Source: Phyllobates terribilis | Taxonomy: Eukaryota | Length of the DNA stretch: 64,000 bases | Assembly (NCBI RefSeq): GCF_046119375.1 | Contig: NW_027362764.1 | Coordinates: forward strand, 799,118,001-799,182,000 | Direction of reading: 5' to 3' | In this document: positions 50,201 to 62,457 of the stretch, one piece after another | How the letters are laid out: each line of letters begins with the position of its first letter | Position numbering within the stretch: position 1 is the first letter of the stretch | Made by a program: the position numbers and the translations under genes | Notes under the pieces: generated by a model | Told to the model about the DNA's origin: nothing | Seen by the model: only the letters and a program-made list of their open reading frames with translations | Databases searched by the model: none

Positions 50201-53181
50201 TAGTGTATTAGTTAAAAAACAACACTTACCTCTCTGCTTGTTCCCCCGCAGGCCGCAGCATCCTTGTTGTTTGCATTGCAACTTTCTCCTTGACACAGGC
50301 GCGCCCTGCATGATGGCATCATCAAGCCACGCGTGTGTGTGTAAGGTAGAAAGCACCTGTCAGGAAACAGAGGACAAATCCCTCGAGCTCCACTGCCATG
50401 TCAGCAGCGGAGCTGGAGGTATCTCATCACTCCCTGCCCGCCACTGCTCTCACTATTAGCCTCCCTGAACCTCCGGCCCCCAATGCAGGTGCTCTGGCGA
50501 TATGTCCGCCCCTGCGTCAGCCGCCGGCCACTGATAGGTCGGCGGCCATGTTAACCAGTGGGCCCCCGTGCGTCCTGCTCGAGGGCCCACCGGAAAATTC
50601 TCTGGTGTCCCGGTGCCCCAGTCCGACCTTGGTCGAATCCATCAGGTTGGATGCTCAGACGGGCTCGACTCGAGTAATGAGTATAATGGCAGTTAATGCG
50701 AAACTCAAGCATTTTTCCGGCAGACCCTCCCAGGATGGCTGGGGGGCAGGAAAATCACTGAAATGGATGGAAACAGTGGGGAGAAGACGCCTGGATGCAT
50801 CTCTGACTCCCAGGTCGCTTGTCAGTCTGACAATAAAACATACAAAAACGACAATAAAATGTTTTTTACAGGGCAAATGTTAGAAACATTTTTTCCAGGA
50901 TAATGACTTGTATATAAGGCAAAATAAAAAAAGCCTCCTCCATCCCTTAATAGCTGGGTCATCTCTCACCGTATTTCCCAATCGCCTATGACTACAGAAG
51001 ATGACATAGAAGAGGGAGAAATAAAACTTCACTCACCTGTAGTCACCGGTAAATGTAATTTTACCATTTTACTGCCTTATCAGGGCATGTGGTGTGAGAC
51101 ATGATCAGACATATCCTTTGTAATTCATGGAGGAGGGACTCGGAAACTCACAAAGCCTATGCAGACAATGCAAGAACTGACAAAAATGAGAAGGAAGAGG
51201 GACTCCGATACACCCTGTATTAGACATGAAGGAGGCGTCATACACATTCTGTTACAATTGTTAGGTCGTGGGACTCCTAGACTGGTAAAGCCTATGCACT
51301 AAGTGTAAGGGCTGCCAAACATTAGAAGGAGGCTCTGCAATACACCCTGGAAGACACATGGAGGATGGGCTCAGAATACATTTTTTAGAATTTTAAAAAG
51401 ATTGTGATAAGGCCCTCTCCCTCGACTACCGCCTTGGGCCACACTCCTTTTTGCCTTCTTTTGTGAATGACTTTCTACTGATGACCACAAACAGCTTGAA
51501 TTTGTCCAAGAATTGATGGAAATAAACTCACATGTTGTGGACTGTGGAAGAGATGTATGTGACCAGAAGGATAACTAATTTCCATCAGATGATACTGACA
51601 TGAGACAATGAGAAAGAAAACAAGATGGGACAAAGCAAGAACTTGACTTGAATGAAACTAAAACTGTTGACGTGCTGAGTGAAGACTATGTGGATAGTGA
51701 AGATCTTACCATCATTGCTGTATTAGAAATTGAAGAAACACAAAACAACGATGTAATGGAGAAGGCCACATTCACTGTAACTAGTGATGAGCAGAGGGTC
51801 AGAGGATTTCAGTAGAAGAGAGTGACTGTAGTGAGTCAGTGGACTGGTCCCGGAAGAGGAGGAGCTATGCACAGGAAGTGCGTGAGTCACTGTCCGTGGC
51901 CATTTTCTCAGAGTCCAGAGAGAGAATTTTAAAAACAGTTGGACCCCTAAACTGCTAAATCCAATGCACTTAGTGCAAGGCCTAGCAACAATTTAAAGGA
52001 GGGATTGCGGTACACCCTGGAAGAGACGTAAAGAAGGACCATTTCCCATTAATAAAGAGTAGGTCTCCTAGACTGGTATATAAGAGGATTATAGAGGTAG
52101 GCGTAATACACACCCTGGAAGGATTAAGAGCGAGGATTGCATCATAACCCTGTAGATATGGTGGAGGAGGAGGACACAGAAAACTAGAAACCATGAACTG
52201 TATACCCATGCTTGGAAAGGGGTGCATGGGAATACATTAGTAAATAAAGAACATTTAAAATTGAGTTTATGTTCTGCTGCTATCATTCGGTGGTGTTGAG
52301 AAGTCTGGCCCAATCCAGCTCTTGTTCATTTTTATGAGTCAGCCTGTCAGCATTTTCAGTTATAACTCCACCAGGGGCACTAAAAACCCGCTCTGAAAAA
52401 ACGCTGGCGGCAGGGCAGGCCAGGACCTCCAAGGCGTAGAGACCAAGTTCATTCCACGTATCCAGCTTGGATACCCAATAATTATAAGGCACAGAGGAAT
52501 CACGGAGGACGTTGGTACGGTCGGCAAGGTACTCCCTCAGCATCTTCCCAAACTTTGCACTCCCTGTGAGAGTACCCTGCGCCTCAGAGCCTGTGTGATG
52601 AGAAAACTCTCCCAGAAATTTGACAGTGTTCCCCTGCCTCTGCTGGATTGAAGTTGTGTCTCTCTCGCCTGTACTCCTTGGTTATCCAACGAAGTGTGCC
52701 CTCAGCCGCCAGCGTTTTCAGATGGGAATTTTTTTTAATAGTTCCGCAACAAGGGCCTTCTGGTACAGCCCCATTTTTAGACCTCTCCGCCACGGGAAGG
52801 AGAGATAGAAAGTTCTCCTTGTAGCGTGGGTCTAGAAGTGTCACCAACCAGTAATGACTGTCACCCAAAATAATAAATGAAATTCATAGGAACAATAGTA
52901 GGGAAAACAATATATATCATATATCAATCACAATCATTCAATAGTAAACTCCTACCATATATTAGGACTAAATGTCATGGCCAATCGCCGTAAAAACAAT
53001 AGCAAGCAGAGAAACCGAAGAAAAATGATCCTGAGGCCATAATATGTAAAAATACAATAATCTTCATTAGAAAATGGAAGCGAACAAAGCACAGCGCAAA
53101 TGGCTATGCATAAGGACACGCAGCAGTGAAGATACATAGTAAAATCAGTAGGTTTAAGAGTGTAAATTATATATATATATA

Positions 53182-54795
53182 CAGTGGCATGTAAAAGTTT
53201 GGACACCCCTGGTCAAAATTACTGTTATTGTGAACAGTTAAGCAAGCTGAAGATGGAATGATCTCTAAAAGACCTGAAGTTAAAGATGACACATTTCCTG
53301 TGTATTGTAGGCAAAAAATATATGTATATTTCTATCTTTTACATTTTATAAATTGCAAAAAGGAAAATGGGCCAAAGCAAAAGTTTGGGCACCCTGCATG
53401 GTTAGTACCTAGTAGCGCCCCCTTTTGCAGTATCACAGCTTGTAAACGCTTTTTGTAGCCAGACAAGAGTCTTTCAATTTTTGTTTGAGGGATTTTCCTC
53501 CGTTCTTCCTTGGAAAATTCTTCTAGTTCTATGAGATTCTTGGGGCGTCTTGCATCTGCTGCTATTTTGAGGTCGAGCCACAGATTTTCAGTGCTGTTTA
53601 GATCAGAGGACTGTGAGGGTCATTGTAAAACCTTCAGCTTGCGCCTTCTGAGGTCGTCTATTGTGGATTGTGACGTGTGTTTAGAATCATTATCCATTTG
53701 TAGACTCGTCCTCTTTTAAACTTCAGCTTTTTACAGATGGTGTTATGTTTGCATCAAGAATTTGTGGAAATTTCATTGAATCCATTCTTCCCTCTACCCG
53801 TGAAATGTTCCCCATGCCATTGGTTGCAACACAACCCAAAAGAATTATTGATCCACCCCCATGCTTAATGGTTGGATAGATGTTCTTTCCTGAAATTCTG
53901 TGCCCTTTTTCTCCACAGATACCTGTGATCATTGTGGCCAAAGAGTTCTATTTTAATCTCATTGGTCCACAGGACTTGTTTCCAAAATGCATCCGGCTTG
54001 TTTAGATTTTCTTTTGAACTTCTGATGCTCAATTTTATGGTGAGGAAGCAGGAGAGGTTTTCTTCTGATAACTCTTCCATCAAAGCCATATTTGTGCAGG
54101 TGTCTCTGAACAGTAGAACAATGGACCACAACTCCAGAGTCTGATAAATCTTTCTGAAGGTCTTTTGCAGTCAAGCGGAGGTTATGATTTGCCTCTCTAG
54201 TAATCCTACGAGCAGCTCTCACTGATATTTTGCTTGGTCTTCAAGACCTTATCTTGACCTCCACTGTTCCTATTAACTGCCATTTCTAAATTACATTTAG
54301 AACAGAGGAAAGGGCAACTTGAAAACGCTTTGCTATCTTCTTATAGCCTTCTCCTGCTTTGAGGGCTTCCACCATTTTCATTTTCAGAGTGCTAGGCAGC
54401 AGCTTAGAAGAACCTATGGCTTCTGTGGCTTCTGTTCTTTGGCACAAGGTTAGAGGAGGCTGGGTTTTTTGCATCACCTGGCCTTTCCTAATGATGATAT
54501 TGATAGTGATGAAGTCATAACCCTAAAAGGCTAATTAAGGTCTGGAACCTTGGTCAAAGTTATCTGAGCACATAAATCTGCTAGGGTGCCCAAACTTTTG
54601 CATTGCCCGATTTACCTTTTTGTAAATTATAAAATATAAAAAAATGACAATATAAATACATTTTTGCCTAAAATACAAAGGAAATGTGTCATATTTAATT
54701 TTAGGCCTTTTAGAGATCACTTAATCTAAAACTTGCTTAACTGTTCACAATAACAGTAATTTTGACTAGGGTGCCCAAACTTTTACATGCCACTG
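53182..54795 (-). mobile_element. Full-length but dead Tc1/mariner element (1614 bp), TIRs of about 215 bp with internal direct repeats, TA TSD
   Basis: TA|CAGTGGCATGTAAAAGTTTG ... CAAACTTTTACATGCCACTG|TA; transposase pieces (GEGYKKIAK, RRKPLL, KHGGGSI, SQSSDLN); start codon mutated to ATA at about 54417. Confidence 0.93.
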
Positions 54796-55090
54796 TATAT
54801 ATACACCCTCTACATATCAAAGAATGAAATGAATATAAGAATTAAAATGAGAAATATATAAATATGCTTTAATGTGATATGTCACTCTTAGGGGTAATGT
54901 GAAACCACTTAAATATGTGCATGGCTATTTGTACCCACACACTAACCTATAATTATAGGGTGAATTGATACCACAAACACTGGTCCACATGTATACCCAT
55001 ATAAGTAAAGGCTTACTTATGTCAAACAGACACCTGAAAGCAGTGACCGAGTAGAGGGGATGGACATATACTCCAAACTGCCGCGCGGCC

Positions 55091-55129
55091 GCCCGAACGC
55101 GCGTTTCGGAACACCCTTCATCAGGGGGC
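55091..55129 (-). ncRNA. Degenerate minimal hammerhead motif in a probable Penelope-like remnant
   Basis: GCCCC-CUGAUGA-AGGGUGUUCC-GAAA-CGCGCG-UUC-GGGC; palindromic helix III ACGCGCGU, short helix I. Confidence 0.5.
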
Positions 55130-55849
55130 ATATGGGGTGAAAGTAGCAGCTGTTTAAGTAGGGAAAGCACGTGACGTCGCAGCCTGGAAGTGACACATGT
55201 GTCACCGCGGTAACAGCCGGCGTCCAAGTACAAGTCATGTGACGACCGACGCCAGAATCACGTGTGACACACGTGACCCAACGTCAGAAGGCACAAAGAG
55301 ATACGGGGAGCCGGTGGGGACCGCGGCACCACAGAGCACATGCGTACAAGGCTGTGAGGTATAGGAGCTAATTCAAATAGGAATATATTTGTATATATGT
55401 GCACCACTTACAATCAATAGTCACAAATGAAACACTACAGAAATGACAAAAATAAAAATATATAACTGAAAAAGAGGAAAAGAGGAATAAAAACAACATT
55501 TCATATAAACACATATATCCCACAATAAGGAAGAAAAGGGACGTACATAGCATGCAGGTGGTAAAAGTAGTATATAGATTATAGTAATATCATTTCCTAT
55601 CTATATATACCATCAACATCCCAATAAAAAAGGCATAGACATCAACAGACTATATTCAATGAGTCAACATGTACATAGATATCAATGCTATACATAACAA
55701 ACACTGATCGATACGATTGCAGGATAACCGATACAAAGAAACAATATACAAAAACCTGGCCATAGAAAACATAGTGTGCACATATACATATAACATAGAT
55801 GTCAGTAACAGCTCAGAAGTGCAAACTCGATGTAATGGAACCACTCATG

Positions 55850-56233
55850 ATCCAAGGGCCTAGACGTACACATGATATCCTACAAGAGAGGATGGGTAGG
55901 CCCGCTGGGGCCGCTGGTGACGCAGCTGGGATGGATTTGCTCCCCACCGGTAGAGCGGGGCCCCAGGGCTACCCGTACGGTTTATGTAGGGGATTGTGGA
56001 TGTTGGGGTGCAGAGCTGAGGGTGAAGATAATGACCAGATGACACAAGGCGCCAATTTAAAGGGGAAGCTCCCCTGAAACCGGGATAGAGCTCCGCCTTC
56101 TTGTCTGGAGCCAGGAAAAGTTTTGGATGCTGGTGTTACCTGATTAGGGGACCCCTCCTTGCTTCCAGGCATAGCATCACACCTTGTGAGGGAGGCAATG
56201 CCACTGTGGCAACCGGACTCCTGGGGTGCCACA
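55850..56233. mobile_element. LTR remnant ending like the Gypsy LTR; left boundary approximate
   Basis: CACTGTGGCAACCGGACTCCTGGGGTGCCACA versus CACTGTGGCAACCAGACCCCTGGGGTGTCACA. Confidence 0.55.
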
Positions 56234-56249
56234 TTTATATATCAGGGGA

Positions 56250-56657
56250 GGATCTGCAAGGAGCGGAGCCGCCTGAGTCTCCCCCATACACTGCACACAC
56301 TGGATATATATATAACAGGAGAGGAGCTGCAGGGAGCGGAGCAGCCTGTGTCCCCCATACACTGCACACACTGGATATATATATAACAGTAGAAGAGCTG
56401 CAGGGAGCACAGCCTGTGTCCCCCATACACTGCACACACTGGATATATATATAACAGGAGAGGAGCTGCAGGGAGCGGAGCCGCCTGTGTCCACCCATAC
56501 ACTGCACACACTGGATATATATATAACAGGAGAGGAGCTGCAGGCAGCGGAGCCGCCTGTGTCCCTTCATACACTGGACACACTGGATATATATATATAA
56601 CAGGAGAGGAGCTGCAGGGAGCGGAGCCGCCGTCTGTGTCCACCCACACACTGGATA
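56250..56657. repeat. About 71-bp tandem repeat, about 6 copies
   Basis: TATAACAGGAGAGGAGCTGCAGGGAGCGGAGCCGCCTGTGTC...CACACTGGATATATA. Confidence 0.9.
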
Positions 56658-56659
56658 TA

Positions 56660-59600
56660 CAGTGGGTACGGAAAGTTTTCTGACCCCTTTAAATTTTTCA
56701 ATCTTTGTTTCATTGCAGCCATTTGGTAAATTCTAAAAAGTTCATTTTTTTCTCATTAAAGTCCACTCTGCACCGCATCTGGACTGAAAAAAACAGAAAT
56801 TTAGACATTTTTGCAAATTTATTAAAAAAGAAAAACTGAAATATCACATGGTCATAAGTATTCAGACCCTTTGCTCAGTATTGAGTAGAATCCCCCTTTT
56901 GAGCTAGTGCAGCCATGAGTCTTCTTGGGAATGATGCAACAAGTCTTTCACACCTGGATTTGGGGTTCCTCTGCCATTCTTCCTTGCAGGTCCTCTCCAG
57001 TTCCGTCAGGTTGGATGGTGTATGTTGGTGGACAGCCATTTTCAGGTCTCTCCAGAGATGTTCAATTGGGTTTAGGTCAGGGCTCTGGCTGGGCCAGTCA
57101 CGAATGGTCGCAGAGTTGTTCTGAAGCCACTCCTGTGTTATTTTACCTGTGTGCTTAGGGTCATTGTAACATCCCTGGCGGCGTGCTTGCATAGTGCACC
57201 ACCTCCCACTATGCTAGACCGCAATCTTACTTGTCTGTCCAGTCTGCTATTCCTGCTCCTGTGCATGCTGTTTGCATGTCCCTTGACTGACTGCTTAGGG
57301 CGGCGGCCCGGTTACTTCCTGATACTTATAGCTGCTGTGGTCGCACCCCTAATGCGTCTCCAGCCTATTGCTGTGAGTCACTGGATATTTAAACCCCCTC
57401 CACCCAGTAGGAGGTGCCTGAGCAACACCTTCACTCAGTTGGTCTTTGCATACTGTATTGCCAGGTCCTGTCCTGTTACCTCTGTCTTCTAGTCTGTTTC
57501 CACCACTCTGGGGACTGTATTCCCAGACTCGCTCCTGTACCTCTTGCAGTAGCAGTTCCTGTCTGAACTGTACCCTAGCTTGTTTGTCCGCCTCTCTGGG
57601 GGCTTTATATCCAAACTTGCTCCTGTATCTTGTTTCTGTGTCAGTTCCCCTCTGAACACCCTCCTAGCCGTTTTGTCTCTGTGGCCGTACCTTCCCTTTT
57701 CCTGCAGTCTCTGAACCTGCACCTAACTCCTACTCGATGTCTCTGTACTTCTGTTGTGAGTTTAGAGTCCACTCGCTACTTCACTGCAAGTACCTTGTGT
57801 GTATCTGGTTCTGCTTGTTCCTTCCAGTCTGTTCAGTGTGAACAGAGCCCTGTTCTCTCTGCTCTGCCTTGCTCACTGCTCCGGCGGTTCCTCTCTGCTC
57901 TGCCTAGCTCACTGCTCCGGTGGCTCCTCTCTGCTTTGCCTTGTTCACCGCACCTGCAGTTCCTCTCTGCTCTGCCTAGCTCACCGCTCCGGCGGTTCCT
58001 CTCTGCTCTGCCTTGTTCACCGCACCTGCGGTTTCGCTCTGCTCTGCTTTGCTCATCGCTCCGGCGGTTCTCCTCTGCTCTGCCTAGCTCACCGCTCCAG
58101 CGGTTTTTCTCTGCTCTGCCTTGTTCACCGCACCTGCGGTTTCGCTCTGCTCTGCTTTGCTCACCACTCCGGCGGTTCCCCTCTGCTCTGCCTAGCTCAC
58201 CGCTCCGGCGGTTCCTCTCTGCTCTGCCTTGTTCACCGCATCTGCGGTTTCGCTCTGCTCTGCTTTGCTCACCGCTCCGGCGGTTCCTCTCTGCTCCGCT
58301 TTGTTCACCGCACCTGCGGTTTCGCCCTGCTCTGCCTTGCTCACCGCTCCGGCGGTATCTCTCTGCTCTGCCTTGCTCACCGCTCCAGCGGTTCCTCTTT
58401 GCTTTGCTTGTCTACTGCATGTGCGGCCTTGTTCCTGAATCCCAGTCTGTACTAGACCCTATCCAGCCTGCGCTCCTACCTGCTAGTGCCTCCCTGTCTG
58501 CACTCCAGCCGTGTTTGTCAGTACCCCCCTGTCTGCACTCCAGCCGTGCCTGCCAATACCCACCTGTCTGTATGCCTGCCTAACCTGCCCGTTCCTGCAT
58601 TCTCTGGTGTGGGTCAACAGCTGTGACCGGGGTCTGACCTAGAGTCGCACCTGGTCCCTCTGCTCGGTTCCTCCTTGGTTCACGGAGTCGTTAGCCGCCG
58701 TGCAGCCTTGGTCGGATTGGGTTGATACTTAGTTACGCGCCTCCAGGCACTCCTCGGTTCATGGCACAGTGGGATCACTAATCACACTCACGCCGGTCTG
58801 CCCGGGCACGAGCGTAACAGTCATTGTCTTGTTGGAAGGTGAACCTTCGGCCAAGTCTGAGGTCCAGAGCACTCTGGAAGAGGTTTTCATCTAGGATATC
58901 TCTGTACGTGGCTGCATTTATGTTTCCTTCAATTGCAACCAGTCATCCTGTCCCTGCAGCTGAAAAATACCCCCATAGCATGATGCAGCCACCACCATGT
59001 TTCACGGTTGGGATTGTATTGGGCAGGTGATGAGCAGTGCCTGGTTTTCTCCACACATTCCGCTTAGAATTATCACCAAAAAGTACTATCTTCGTCTCAT
59101 CAGACCAGAGAATCTTATTTTTCATAGTCTGGGAGTCCATGTGTTTTTGAGCAAACTCTATGGGGGCTTTCATATGTTTTGCACTGAGGAGAGGCTTCCG
59201 TCGGGCCACTCTGACATAAAGGCCCGACTGGTGGAGGGCTGCAGTGATAGTTGACTTTGTGGAACTTTCTCCCATCTCCCTACTGCATCTCAGGAGCTCA
59301 GCCGCAGTGATCTTGGGGTTCTTCTTTACCTCTCTCACCAAGGCTCTTCTCCCACGATTGCTCAGTTTGGCTGAACGGCCAGGTCTAGGAAGACTTCTGG
59401 TGGTCCCAAACTTCTTCAATTTAAGGATTATGGAGGCCACTGTGGTCGTAGGAACCTTGAGTAATGCAGAAATTCTTTTGTAACCTTGGCCAGATCTGTG
59501 CCTTGCCACAATTCTGTCTCTGAGCTCCTTGGGCAGTTCCTTTGAGCTCATGATTCTCATTTGGTCTGACATGCACTGTGAGCTGTGAGGTCTTATATAG

Positions 59601-59757
59601 ACAGGTGTGCGCCTTTCAAAATCAAGTCCTATCAGTTTAATTAAACACAGCTGGACTCCAATGAAGGAGTAGAACCATCTCAAGGAGGATCACAAGGAAA
59701 TGGACAGCATGTGACTTAAATATGAGTGTCTGAGTAAAGGGTCTGAATACTTATGAC
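56660..59757 (-). mobile_element. Second Tc1/mariner element, split by a solo LTR and cut in its right TIR by a hAT-type insertion
   Basis: TA|CAGTGGGTACGGAAAGT; N-terminal half in ORF 58943-59683 (GYKRIS, RRKPLL, WSDETK, KHGGG); C-terminal half in 56875-57160 (NDPKH, WPSQSPDLNPIEHLW). Confidence 0.92.
57165..58819. mobile_element. Solo LTR (1655 bp), TG...CA, 5-bp TSD GTCAT, with internal 36-bp repeat (about 57855-58400)
   Basis: GTCAT|TGTAAC ... GTAACA|GTCAT (57160-57164 and 58820-58824); removing it restores the Tc1 sequence. Confidence 0.88.
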
Positions 59758-59984
59758 TAGTGTTGAGCGATACCTTCCGATATCAGGAAATATCGTATCG
59801 GATTGGATCGGGCCGATACCCAAAAAGTATCGGATATCGCCGATTCCGATACCGGAAACCAATGCAAGTCAATGGGACACAAATATCGGAATGAAAATAA
59901 ACCCTTTCTTTCCTTGTAGGTTAATTCTACATGAAGTAAAACAACTAAGAATAATGTAGAATGACATGAAAAGCCGGCAATTCA

Positions 59985-60545
59985 TCAGCGGCATACACCG
60001 GTACCCGACAATTTACAACAGAAAGAATAGAGCATCACACATAGATTAGATAGATAGAAACATGTCAGTCACATATATATGAAGTACAGTGACAGTGTTG
60101 CTTACTGTACTTGTCATTTAGTGTAAAGGATTTATTAAAAAAAATATTAGTGTTTTCGTGCACCGTCTCTTTAAAAAAGCCGGCCGGCAATTCAGCATCT
60201 GTACCCGACAATTTATAACAGAAAGAATAGAGCTTCACACATAGATTAGATAGATAGAAACATGTCAGTCACATATATATGAAGTACAGTGACAGTGTTG
60301 CTTACTGTACTTGTCATTTAGTGTAAAGGATTTATTTAAAAAAATAATAGTGTTTTCATGCACCGTCTCTTTAAGAAAGCCGGCCGGCAATTGAGCATCT
60401 GTACCCGACAATTTAGAACAGAAAGAATAGAGAATCACACATAGATTAGATAGATAGAAACATGTCAGTCACATATATATGAAGTACAGTGACAGTGTTG
60501 ATTACTGTACTTGTCATTTAGTGTTAAAATAAAGGATTTATTTAA
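59985..60545. repeat. 200-bp tandem repeat, about 2.7 copies
   Basis: GTACCCGACAATTT at 60001, 60201 and 60401. Confidence 0.9.
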
Positions 60546-61074
60546 AAAAAAATTGGCGTGGGGTTCCCCTTAATTTTAGGCTCTAGCGGAGGTTAAGCAG
60601 ACAGCTGGGGCAAATGTTTGAAGCCTGGGAAGGGGGTAATACCCACGGAGCTTCCCAGGCTACTAATATCAGCCCCCAGCTGAATACCTAGCCTTTACTA
60701 GCTATTAAAATGGGGGAACCCCCCCAAAAAAATAACGTGGGGTCCCCCCTAATTTAATAGCTAGCACAGGCTAGGCAGACAGCTGGGGGCTGATATTAAT
60801 AGCCCAGGAAGGGTGCCATGAATATTGGCCCCCTCCCAGGCTAGAAACACCAGCCGTCAGCCGCCCCAGAAATGGCGCATCCATAGGATGCGCCAATTCT
60901 GGCACTTAGCCTCGCTCTTCCACGCTGCCCTGGTGCGGTGGCAGGGGGTAATAGGGTTGGGGTTGATGTCAGCTTATAATGCCAGCTGACATCAAGCCCA
61001 GGTTAGTAATGGAGAGGCGTCTATAAGACACCCCCATTACTAACCCCATAGTCAAAGTTAAAAGAAAACACAAA

Positions 61075-61952
61075 CACCCAGAGTAAAGTCCTTTAATTGA
61101 AATAAAGACACAATTCTTTATTGTTCTAAATTAAACCATACTTACCATCACGCCCATTCCAGCTGAAGCCAACGATCTCCTGCAATAAAAGAAAAATAAT
61201 AAAGCAACCTCATCCTTACCTTTCGATGGTTCCCAGGACAGCTTCAGCTCTGCTACATCGAGATAACAGGCTGGACCGCAGCAGAACGCTGCCATCCAGC
61301 CTGTCATCCCGCAGACACTGAGAAGCGCAGGCTTGCTTGCGCTCCTCAGTGTCTCTCTGTGACGTCATCCAGATGAGCCGAGTTCATGTCCAATGAACTC
61401 AGCTCACCTCATGCACGTCACTGACAGCGTGGGAAAGTTCTCCTGCACTCAGCGCTTCAGCGTGAGAATTCTCCCACGCTGTCAGTGACATACATGAGGT
61501 GAGGTCATGTCCAATGAACTCAGCTCACCTCATGCACGTCACTGACAGTGTGGGAGAATTCTCACGCTGAAGTGCTGAGTGCAGGAGAATTTTCCCACGC
61601 TGTCAGTGACGTGCATGAGGTGAGCTGAGTTCATTGGACATGACCTCGGCTCATCTTTATGCCGTCACAGCCAGACATTGAGGAGCACAAGCATGCCTGT
61701 GCTTCTCAGTGTCTGCGGGATGACAGGATGGATGGCAGCGTTCTGCTGCGGTCCAGCCTGTCATCTCGATGTAGCAGAGCTGAAGCTGTCGTGGGAGCCA
61801 TGGAAAGGTAAGGATGAGGTTGCTTTATTATTTTACTTTTATTGCAGGAGATCGTTGGCTTCAGCTGGAATGGGCGTGATGGTAAGTATGGTTTAATTTA
61901 GAACAATAAAGAATTGTGTGTTTATTTCAATTAAAGGACTTTTTTCTGGGTG
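61075..61952. repeat. About 880-bp inverted repeat with two nested sub-hairpins at its centre
   Basis: Arms CACCCAGA...TCCTTTAATTGAAATAAA / TTTATTTCAATTAAAGGA...TCTGGGTG. Confidence 0.9.
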
Positions 61953-62457
61953 TTGTGTTTTTTTAAATACTTTACTAGAAATTCATGGTGGTCATGTCTA
62001 ATATTGGCGTGACCCCATGAATTTTGGGCTTAGGGCCAGCTGATAATACCAAGCTGGCCTTAACCCCTTTATTACCCAGTGAGCCACCGCACCAGGGCCC
62101 TGGATGAGTTGGGTACAGCGCCAGAAGATGGCGCTTCAATGAACGCGCCATTTTCTGGGGCGGCTGCGGACTGCAATTTGCAGCGGGGGTGGCCCAGAAA
62201 GCTTGGGTCTCCCTGCGCTGCGGATTCCAGCCCCCAGCTGCATAGTTGTATCTGGCTGGACACAAAAATAGGGCGAAGCCCCAAGCATTTTTTTTTTTAA
62301 TTATTTCATGAAATTCATGGAATAATTAAGAAAAAAAGGGCTTCCCTATATTGTTGTGTCCAACCAGGTACAAATAGGCAGCTGGTGGTTGGGGGCAGCC
62401 CATTCCTGCCTGCTGTACCTGGCTGGACACAAATATAGGGCGAAGCCCCACGTCAAT

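Larger units (their letters stand above)
45766..50631. mobile_element. hAT-type MITE swollen to 4.9 kb by internal repeats; 8-bp TSD with one mismatch
   Basis: CAGTGTCGGACTGGGG / CCCCAGTCCGACCTTG; GTCAAATC (45758-45765) versus GTCGAATC (50632-50639). Confidence 0.8.
45719..52870 (-). mobile_element. hAT derivative E: terminus at 45719, transposase C-terminal remnants at 52283-52868; right boundary approximate
   Basis: TAGTGATGAGTGAGCACTAAAATGCT terminus; YWLVTLLDPRYK and YWVSKLDTW...LACPAASVFSERVFSA on the minus strand. Confidence 0.65.

Noticed and set aside
47073-50459. Long ORFs (up to 894 aa) rich in P/S/H/L/I
   Set aside because: They arise from a C-rich repeat that lacks stops in all three frames; no domain content.
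57489-58583. ORFs of 218-317 aa inside the solo LTR
   Set aside because: Produced by the internal 36-bp repeat; no domain evidence.
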